In this document: positions 49,501 to 59,977 of the stretch, piece by piece
Numbering within the stretch: the stretch's first letter is position 1
Layout: the number at the start of each line of letters is the position of its first letter
From: Azolla caroliniana
Lineage: Eukaryota > Plantae > Polypodiophyta
Length of the DNA: 64,000 nt
Direction of reading: 5' to 3'
Assembly (NCBI GenBank): GCA_043228905.1
Contig: JBHGNT010000005.1
Span: forward strand, 12,710,001-12,774,000
Made by a program: the position numbers and the translations under genes
The notes under the pieces: model-generated
Database searches by the model: none
Seen by the model: the letters and a program-made list of their open reading frames with translations, nothing else
What the model was told of the DNA's origin: nothing

Positions 49501-52500
49501 CCTAGAAGACATGGCTCTAGAAGACGAGTTGGCGGAGAGCCACTATTCAACGCCACATTGGGCCAGAGCAACCACGGAGACCCCCTTTAAGATCAGAGAT
49601 GTTCAGGAGCCGGTGGTGGTGTTGATGGACCACGGTTCAGAAATCAACTTGATGTCCACGGACTTCTAGAAGAAGGGGAAGTGGCCGATCAACACCAAGC
49701 ACGGGTGGAAAATACGGGCAGCAATGTGCGCCACGGAAGAGCTGCATGGAGCCTGCCCGAATGTACGAGTGAAAATCGGCGATGTCGAGATTAATCAGCA
49801 CTTCTTCGTGCAGGACACGTCCTCGCATCCGGTTATACTCGGGGAACCGTACATCACGGCGGCATGAATGGAGACAAAGGTGTTGGACAACGGTTCGGCA
49901 TATGCACGAGTCAAGAGCCAGGATGGGCGTCACTCGGCCCAGTTCCTAACGGTGCGACCAAACCATCATTGTAACCGCGAGACCCTTGGTGGCGAAAACC
50001 GAGGGGATTTTTAGAGAGGGCTATCAAGGCGTGGGACCGTGATAGTCTGGACACCCCGGAAAAACCCCACAGATGTACTATAGGCAAAAAGACCTGTACC
50101 ATAGGTAGGAAATTTTGGTTCTCCGATAGCGGAGGTTGTACGATAGTCGGCGTAGTTGGCCAGGAAAAGAAGCGGGCAGAGGAGCAACTTCAGGCATGCA
50201 GAGTCCTCAGCCCTGAAGAGGAAATCAATGAAACCGTGGAGGCAGGCTCTTTCGACAACACCTTAGGGAAGTTACGGGAGGTGTTCGGAGAAGGCCTTAA
50301 TGAGGACCGGACGATTCCAGTAAATTCAGAAAGGATGTACGAAGTCATCGCCGACTTCGGTAAGGGACTCGAGTCAGATCGGACGGCCCGAGTGGATACG
50401 AAGTACAAGATTGTGGACTGGAAGGTGAGGCCAGTCACGACACCCTTGCCGGAGGGCAGCGAGTTACGGATAAAGGGGGTCACATCGGACCCAAGTTTGC
50501 AAGATCCGGCCAGCATAGGATGCATGTTCACCGACATAACACTACGGGAGCTCAAGATCGGTGGGGGTGGCTTTCTACTGTCGGCGGAAGAGGACCGGTT
50601 TCGGAGAATCTCGGGAGGCACGAGAAGGCTTTCGCATTCTCATCGGAGGAGATCAGGTACGTAGACCCGACGGTTGTGGAACCAATGGTGAACTTCACGG
50701 TACTGCATGTGCCGTGGAATCTCAAACCGATTCCGATACCCAGAGCTCACATCCCAAAGCTAATGGAGCTGTTGAAACAGAAGGTGGAGATGGGCATCCT
50801 CGAACCGTCGAGTACCCCATACTCGAATAGGTGGTTTACCATGCCAAAGAAAAACGGCACGTTGTGCTTTATTCAAGACCTGCAGTCGGTCAACAAGGTG
50901 ACCATTCAGAATGCAGGAATCGGACCGACCATAGACGATTTCACGAAGGCCTTCGCAGGAAGGTCGATTTACTCAGTCGGTGATCTGTACTCGGGGTACG
51001 ATCAATTCCAACTAGCTATGGAGAGCAAGGACATTACGACGATGCGGACTCCCCTTGGCCTACTATGGATGTGTACCCTCCCGCAAGGAGGGACGAACTC
51101 AGTAGCCCACATGGTGAACGCAATGAACAAAGTGTTGGGGGATTGTATCTTGGGCATCACCATGCCATTCTTAGACAACATCTCGATCAAAGGATGCCTG
51201 GTGGAGGAAAAGGATGAGACAATCGGACTGGACGGATGTCGGAAATTCCTGGCGGCTCACGTTGATGACTGCGAGAAGTTACTACAAAGACTAGAGGGCG
51301 CGAGGCTCGCCTTCTCCAGGGAAAAATCGGCCTTCAGACAATCAGAGATCCTGGTCATCGGACACCTATGCAGGCCATACGGTCGGAAACCGTCTCCGGC
51401 CAAGGTGGAGGCCATCTCCACGATGAAGCAAGACTGCAATTCGGTTACGGAGGTTCGGAGATTCTTGGGAGCATGTGCGTTCTACCATATCTTGCTCCCG
51501 CATTACGCCCACGTCGCGGAGCCGCTCTATGGGTTGCTGAAGAAAGGGCGTAAATTCGAGTGGAGAGGCGAGCATATGGAGTTGGTCCAGAAGATGAAAG
51601 AAGCACTTGTTGCGGCACCGGCACTCCGAAAGGCTGTCTACGGCAAAGACACTCCGATTTACATGACCGTAGACACGAGTCCGACCGGTATTGGATGGGT
51701 GATCAACCAAGACGATGACGATGGCACGAGGTTCCCCATCCGGTTCGGCGCGAAAGTCCTCAGTGAGCGATAGCGAGGATATGCCTAGGTTAAATGCGAA
51801 CTCTGGGGTATCGTTTCGGCGGTCAAGGCCGATAAAGACTACCTGATCAGGACAAAGGTGATAATCGAGACGGAATCCCTGCCGATTCTCGGCATGGTTT
51901 CCGGATGCGCGATGCCAGACCAAGGAATGCTCAGGTGGATAGCATACATCAAGTCCCTGAATCCGGAAATACGACACATTTTCGGAAAGGACAATGCCAT
52001 GGCCGACATGCTTTCAAGAGCGAGGTTCGATCACGAGGACGGCATAGTTTCGGAGGATGAGGACGTTGGCGTGGACTTCCTCAAGGCACGAGAGCAACTA
52101 CGACGGGGAGTGGGTCCAGATCGGCAGGTTCCTAAAGACAATGACACCGGACACAGCATGGACGAAGGAAGAGACTAACCGGATTCGGAAGAAAGCGTAC
52201 TGATTCTTCCAACGGGACGGGAGCATATGGAAGCACCCAAAGAAGAGAAATTGCATCCCGCTCAGAGTGGTGGCGAAGAAAGAGGAGCAGGAAGAATTGT
52301 TGACGGCATAGAACGAGAGTCCCTAAGCCGGACACCGCGGGACGTGGGCCACATTCGAGAAGCTAAAGGGGAAGTACTGGTGGTCGGGACTATACCGGGA
52401 CGTGCGTCAGTTCGTGACGACTTCCGAAAGCTGTCAGGTGCACTCCATAGTCCGACATCGGGACGAGCTTCACCCGACCTACCCGCCGACTGTCCACTTT

Positions 52501-54322
52501 AAGTGGATGGTGGATCTGGTGACGATGCTTATGGGGGTAGGGCAGATGCGGTATTTGGTGCTAGCTTGGGAGGACCTGACGAACCAAGTGGAAGGTTGAG
52601 CGTTGGAAAACAAAACGACCGCAGCCGTGTGGCGATTTCTGATCGAAGAAATGGTATGCCGGTACGGGTGCGTAGGTAAGATCGTGTCCGACCGCAGAGA
52701 ATTGGATGCGCAAGAGGTGGAAGAGTTGTTTGACTGGCTAGGGATTAAACTCTCGCTCACCATAGCGTACAATCCGGAGGCTAACAAGAAGGTGGAGCGC
52801 GGACACGGGCCGATCGTCAAAGCGTTAGTACAGGCGTGTGGAGGCCAAGTCGGGAATTGGCCGCGGCTCTTACCCTATGCGTTGTGGGCGGACCAAACCA
52901 CGCACAGTTCGGTAACCGGGTGGGTTCATGCCGGCAGAGCTAATGTACGGGCAGAAGCCGATCATGCCAACGGAGCAGACAATCTCCTCATGGGCCACGG
53001 TGGACTGGAAAGACGAGATGAGCCGGGAGGAGCTATTAGCGGCACGGATTCGGTAGCTGGAGCAAAGACTGGAGGACGTGGACCGAGCCGCGGAGAAGCT
53101 ACGGGTGGCGAGGGTAAAGAACAAAGGACGGTTCGACCGGACTCATCGACTGAGACCGAAGAAGATCGAGGAAGGCGACTAGGTTCTAATGCATGACAGC
53201 AGCCTCGACAACCAGCACAGGGCAATGCAGAATTTTGCAAGAAGGTGGTTCGGGCCTTATGTGGTGACAAGTGCCAAGGACAATGGGACCTACCATCTCG
53301 TGGAGCTCGACGGGACAAGGATGGCGGTACCAGTGGCGGGGAAAAGGATCAAAGCATTCAAAAAGCGGCACGAGGCTGAACCGGACCTGGACAACCTGGA
53401 TAGCGACAATGACCGGCTTAGAACGGATGTCGATCCGGAAGACGAAAGATAAGCGTGGGTCGGTCTTCTCCGGCAAGAGTCTAATTTTGGCGCATACCAG
53501 TGGATGCGCGGTTAGGTGGGGGCGGATGTTGTGGAGAAAACCGTCCCTAGGCGGAAACCGGGTATAACATGCGTAAACCGGCCCTTACACGTGGGCACAA
53601 GTTTTGTTGTATAGTACGTAGACAGGTACAAGTCGGTTGAGGTGAAATCCTAGGTAGCACGCATTCATTAGGGAGAAAATCGAGGCGTATCCCTGTCCGA
53701 AAGGATAGGGAATAAACATGATGTAACGGGTGGAAACATCCTCCCTCCTTGGGCTTTAAAAGAGAGGGAGAGGTATTGTAAAAGGGGGTATCGCGTTTGT
53801 GGAGGACGAAGTGCTACCGGACTGGAACCAAGCTCTTCTCCTCTGTCTTCTCCATAGTCGTTCTCCATAGCCTATCACTCGCCGGCTTGCCGGTTGTAAC
53901 TCCTTAATTTGAATATACCTATGCATTCGTTTTGTCTCCATTGTTCAGAGTTAGTTGCAACTCCTGTGAATCTGTGTGTCTGTGCGCGTGTGAAGTACAT
54001 CGGTAGTTTCCTTCCCCTCTTCTTATTCGGTTATTTCTCGGTCCAAGGCCCCCTGTGGTCCCGCCTTGTTCTCCACGCACGCGCGTAACAATGCGACAAC
54101 GTGTCAGTACTTCTGTTAGTCCATATGGACTTGTATAAAAGTGCTCTCTGAGCACATCCTATGTACAGAGTTTTACACATTATTTTGAATTCAGTTTCTT
54201 TTGTGTGTTTTTTCCCTCTCTATCTCTCCCGCGTACATCGTGTCTTAAGCTCTCCATTAAACCTATATTTTCTCCTGTTGGTATTCTCTGTGTCATATAG
54301 CTTCCGCACGTCACATTTTACA
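43506..54322 (+). mobile_element. Copia D, 3' half (INT, RT, RH, 3' LTR split by Gypsy I)
   Basis: Begins MQIRFTHLGCFIEEE, the direct continuation of GQIVD at ~19245. 3' LTR 47076-47201 plus 54103-54322 matches the LTR at 20518-20900. Confidence 0.88.
47202..54098 (+). mobile_element. Gypsy I (Trp-primed, same group as A), degenerate, inserted in the Copia D 3' LTR
   Basis: LTRs at 47202-47869 and 53527-54098. TSD ACGT. PBS TGGTGAACCCGACGTGAA at 47874-47891 and PPT at ~53514-53526. Gag-AP-RT-RH-INT fragments. Confidence 0.95.
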
Positions 54323-57300
54323 GTCATATAATGCGTCTCCAACAAATACTCCAACATCGATGGAAATCGATAGCACACGTCATCGTGGTCCATTATCGGA
54401 AGAGGAAGAACAACGACGTCAAGCAAATGGACTATGTCTTTATTGTGGAGGACCGGGGCCTATTGCAGTGAATGGTCCCCATAGGCCAAGAAGATAGTTA
54501 ATCAAATAGTTGCTAGTACTAAACCCGAGTCTATTTCATTAGTATCTGATAGTCCTAATAACCCAAACCTACCAAACAAATTTGAAGTCATTAGTCAACT
54601 AGAAGAAGAGTTAAACAACTAAGTCCAGCCAAATAGGAGCCGTTTGGTTGGACATGCCTAGATTTCTGCAGCCCATTAGTGGTTCCATTCCCTCTAAGCA
54701 AGTTAGCAATGTCTTCCTAGCTCGAGTAACAATTAGTACTAAAAGTAACCCTCCAGTACATATCTTAGCACTCTTAGATTCTGGAACCAATTCTTGCTTC
54801 ATGGATAAGAATTTTGCCCAAGTTCGTCAAATCTCCCTAAGAAAACTCCCTTGCTCAACTTCTATACTACTCATTGATGGACGCCCCATTGTTTCCGGAG
54901 ATATCATAGAAGACTCAGAGCCGATTAGTGTAGTCCTAAATAATTTGGTGTGTGTAGTATCATTTAATATATTTAGTAGTCTAGAGAATCCAATTATCTT
55001 GGGGTTACAATGGTTCGAATAACAAAAACCAAACACGGAATGGAGAACAAGAGAAATCAAGTATCGACAACCTCAAGGATCTACTCATAGAATTTCAACC
55101 ATTTCGCTACATCAATTGCATGAGGAAGTACACAGGGAATCAATGTTTGTATTTGCAGTATTAATGAACAAGATTAAATGATGCAAGATTAAACAAGGTC
55201 ATCGACCGGATCATCGATATAGCGGGCCAATTTGGTGGAAGAAATATTACGAATTTCCTCATTATATACAAGACAGAGATGCTACAACGAGATTTCATAG
55301 AAGAGAAACAAATATCAAACTTCAAGCGTGTCGTGGCAAATGGGTTACAACGCCGTATAAGGGAGATTCAACCCACACAAACAACATGGGCGGGATTCGA
55401 AAGGGAACTTTTGGCCAAATATATGCTTGAAGATGCATGAAGGATGACTCGACACACGTTGATGAAGTGGATCGAGAAGAAGGGGAAGAAAATAAATGCA
55501 TTGGGGGTGGCAAATGATATATTCCGCGATCTTTTGGACATCTGTTTGATCATCTACTTGGATGATCTACTAGTTTATTCAAAGACACAAGAGGAGCATG
55601 ATTCTCATGTACTATTAGTACTAAGGCGACTATGAGAACATGATCTTTATGAATAACCGGAAAAGTGTAGTTTTGATTGTAACCAGGTGGAATTTCCAGG
55701 CTATGTCATCTCTTTGGAATGCATATGTATGGATCCAACTAAAGTCCAAACTGTGTTAGGGTAGCAGACTCCACGTTCATTGCGAGATATGCAATGCTTT
55801 TTAGGATTCACAAATTTCTATCGCAAGTTTATACAAAACTACTCAAAGCAAATTTTGTAGCTCACACAGCTTACAAAGAAGGGGTAATCGTTTGTTTGGA
55901 CTAAGGAAACGGACACTGCTTTTGAGGGTCTCAAGAAAGCATTTACATCAGCTCCTGTTCTACCCCATGTTGATCCGCAAAAACCATTTATCGTTGAGGC
56001 AGATGTGTCAAATTTCACCATCATTTAGTATTTTGTCACAACAAGGCGACTATGAGAAGGTACATCTCATGGCTTTCCACTCGCGCAAATTTGAAGCCGC
56101 TGAAATCAACTACGAGATACATGACAAGGAGCTATTAGCAATAGTGGACTCTTTTGCACAATGGAAGCCTTTTTTAGAAGGATCTCCTCATCAAGTCCTT
56201 GTATTTAGTGATCACAAGAATCTTGCATACTTCCAGAATGCTCGCGTTTTAAATAGACGACAAGCTCGGTGAGCCCAGTTCCTCACTCGTTTCGACTTCA
56301 AGATTACATCGTCCGGGTAAGCAACAGGGGAAGGTAGATGCATTATCACGACGCTCGTATCTAGCTCCTCGTCTTGGAGATCCAACCTTCGACAATCAAA
56401 AGCAAGTAATCATGGGTCTGGCACGACTTCAAGCAACGTGGGTTTTTGACACTCCATTGGATTCCCGCATTATCGATACCATATGTGAAGATTTGAAGAC
56501 AGATATTTTTGCTCAAGCTATTCTAGATCAAATCGATCCCTCTCGGGCATCTTGTTCACGGTCACAACAACCAAATACAGATTATGGACAATTCAAATGG
56601 CATGATGGATTACTCTTCTTTAAGAAACTTTTGTATGTTCCCAATGGTTCTTGTCGCCTTTGAATAGTACAAAATTATCATGACCATACACATCCGGACA
56701 TTTTGGTAGTACTAAAACATTGGATTTAGTACAAGCATCTTCTTGGTGGCCTCGTATGAGAAGATTTATCCAAGACTATGTTTAGACATGTGATACATTT
56801 TGCAGAGCGAAGATGCCTAGACATCATCGATCTGGCCTGTTGGAGCCATTACCGATTCCAAGCAAACCGTGGCAATCTATTTCCCTAGATTTTATCACAA
56901 ATCTTCCGGATTCAAAGGGCTTCAATGCAATCTTAACATTGGTAGATCGATATACTAAGATGGCACATTTCGTGCCCTGTACTAAAGATGTCACTAGTGA
57001 AGAAACCGCAAGAATTGTTATGCGTGAAGAATTTCGGTATCATGGTCTTCTCAACGGTATCATCAATGATCGTGGACCTCAATTCGTCTCTAAATTTTGG
57101 AAGCATCTCTTCAAAATGCTCAAGGTCACCTGCAATCTCTCCTCTGGGTATCATCCCCAAACAGATAGACAAGCAGAACGTACCAATCAAAAGTTGGAAC
57201 AGTATCTTTGGTGTTTCCTAAGTTGTCAACAAGATTATTGGGCAAATATTCTACACTTTGCTGAATTTTCTTATAATAATTCTATCCACTCTTCTACTAG

Positions 57301-58323
57301 GGTTACACCATTCTATGCTTATACAGGCTATCATCCTCGTTGGTTTGTGTTAGAAACTCCCGAGTTAACCACAAATTCTACTGCAAATGATCATTTGGAG
57401 CGGTTACGATGAATTCAGGCAGAACTATCTACCCACTTACATCACGCCCAACAAACACAGAAGGATTATGCGGATCGTCATCGGCTTCCATCCTATTTTG
57501 ATATTGGCAATCGAGTATGTCTATTACAACGGCATATCAAGATTACTCGACCATGTGACAAACTGGATTATCGACGGTTAGGCCCTTACCGCATTAACGG
57601 AAAAAAATAATGATGTCACTTTTCACCCTTATCTACCTCCACAACTACGGATACATCTAGTATTTTATAGCTCCCTTCTAGAACCCTATCAGGAAAGCAC
57701 TAGTCCAGATCATATTACACCACCTCCACCCCCGATCGAACTTGAAGATGGACCTGAGTACAAGGTTGCCACCATCCTTGATTCCAAGATTGTTCACAAC
57801 ACGATCTACTATTTGGTCAATTGGCTAGTATATAGTCCAAGCGAGCGTACTTGGGAACCTGTGGCGAATGTGGAGAATGCTCAAGCTCTTCTTAAGGACT
57901 TCCATTATCAATATCCAGACAAGCCAGGTTCCCAATCAACGATGACTTGTAACACTCGTCGTTTAAAGGGGGGATTGTGTCATGATATGGCTTCAAAAGG
58001 ACTTGAACCCATGACCTTGTGTTACATGGGTGAAAGTCATACCATTAAGCCATGCATAGTAATAAAAAGATATTAAATTTCATTCTAGGATATTCATGTA
58101 TATTCTAGATTACTGTGGAACATTCTAGAAAATTCAGGAGTACTACTGACAATACTATAAATAGAGGCACATGGCATTATTCAGAACCGATTAGGTTCAA
58201 CGCCAGACTTAAGCCCCTTAGTAGTTGTTCTTGTATATCTCCTCTCGTGAGTCCCACACACTCCCTTCCTCTTATTACTGATCCTCATAGTACTTTCCTC
58301 CTCTATCTCTACTATTCTTGACA
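54323..58323 (+). mobile_element. Chromovirus H (Tcn1-like), 3' piece, degenerate
   Basis: Gag end MEID..CLYCG, AP LLDSG, RT YLDD, RH NYEIHDKELLA, INT, and chromodomain EYKV..IL...YLVNW...TWEP (~57755-57930). PPT at ~57965-57974 and LTR at 57978-58323. Confidence 0.88.
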
Positions 58324-58328
58324 ATAAC

Positions 58329-58785
58329 AATTAAGTGCGGAAGCATAGACACAACCGGCTTCGCCGGACAACAACAGATAATACTCAAATTTAATGGAAA
58401 GCTTCAAATGCACTTAGAGTATATGGGAGGGAGAGAGAGAGAGAGAGAGAGAGAGCAGAACATAAACTCAATTCAAATAAACACTCTATACATCGAATGT
58501 GCGCAGAGATCACTTTTATACAGGTCCTTAAAAGGACTGACACAAGTATTGGCAGTACTTGAATTCTCATAAATAAGCTCCTACGCTAACTCCCAAATAT
58601 ATTCCTTCGTAGAATATCTTTCAAATGGACTTCCGGCTCCCACCGATCTGGCCTTGCCGATCGTTCTCTGTCTGATACGGCTCCCAACTTCTTAAGTCGA
58701 TCAGGGCCTAACCGATCGGTCCAATCCGATCCGGTTCTCGGCTTCTTCAACCGATCCTGCCCAAGTTGAGCTTGCTTGCTCAACA
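58329..58785 (-). mobile_element. Copia-type solo LTR related to the E/G LTRs
   Basis: Shares GCGGAAGCAT..ACCGGC and the terminal GTTGAGCTTG..CTCAACA with LTR 21512-21993. Confidence 0.7.
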
Positions 58786-59039
58786 TTAACCGACAGTTAC
58801 AAAAGGAGGAGGGTGCTTTATATAATGTCACCGTCTCACTAAACCACTCACTCTCTAGCAATTATAGAAGCTCATGTGTCATGGGGAATGTGAAAACTCA
58901 TTAGTTATGTGTCATCGAATATGATTCGATGACACATAATTAATGGTGACTTTTGACCTTTGAGTGTAGAACATTCTCAAAAAGGTGTGTTCACACACTA
59001 GACTTGGGTTGAGTTTGATTCTCAACATGGACAATGTGA

Positions 59040-59442
59040 ATACGACCATTATATGCCCGTATTCGACACATGCCACAAAGGAGTGTGTGCAACTTTCGAG
59101 AAACTAAAGGAGAAATATTGGTGGTCAAGAATATACACGGATGTCGTCCATTTCGTGGTGACATGTGAAAGATGCCAAGTACATTTGAACATACGACATA
59201 AGATGCGTTACACCCCACCTACCCAGTCACCATACACTTTAAATGGATGGTAGATCTTGTATCTATGCTAATGGGAGTGGGGTAAATGAAATGCTTGGTG
59301 TGCACAAGAGAAGACCTGACAAACTAGGTAGATGGAAGAGCCCTAAGAAACAAATGACAATGTGTAAGTTATTGATCAAAGACATCATCTGCCAATACGG
59401 TTGTGTGGGGAAGATAGTGGCAAATAGGGGAGAGTTGAACAC
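59040..59442 (+). pseudogene. Old Gypsy integrase fragment
   Basis: ATFEKLKEKYWW...VVTCERCQVH and YGCVGKIVANRGEL, homologous to the A/I integrase. Confidence 0.7.
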
Positions 59443-59977
59443 TGTTGAGAATCAAGCTCAACATAGTGCAATGTGTGAACACACCTTTTGAGAATCTATG
59501 ATTACTGTTATTCGCTTAGCCGGACCAGGCCTAACACAAGGTGTCACGGAGACACTTCACCAAAGGGTGATTACGGCATAGGATTAAGATTCAACGATTA
59601 CACCGACTTACGTAGTTTACACGATTAGATTGCTTAGGTCAATTACACGCGTAAGATATAACAATGATTACAGAACGGAAATCAAGACAGAAGTATAAAC
59701 ATCATAATCTCTATTAATTATCCGCTGTCATTACAATAGGGTCCGGGCCTTTAAATAGGTTTCCGGCCCGTAGTACAAAACGGTGCCTCTCGCACCTATT
59801 CGGAATCCGTCCGGATCTGGAACGGCATACCGTTTCCAGTCCGTCCGTCCACACTATGCTCATATACAACCATATCTAATTAATTCCTTCACTCCGTATT
59901 TTGGACTCCTTGCCGGCCGGTAACACATGGCACGCCCGTGGGACAGTACCTTGTACGTCGAACCCTTCTCGGCCCCT

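Noticed and set aside
59443-59480. Additional full Copia element
   Set aside because: Only the first ~20-40 bp of a Copia-type LTR (TGTTGAGAATCAAGCTCAACA) is recognisable.
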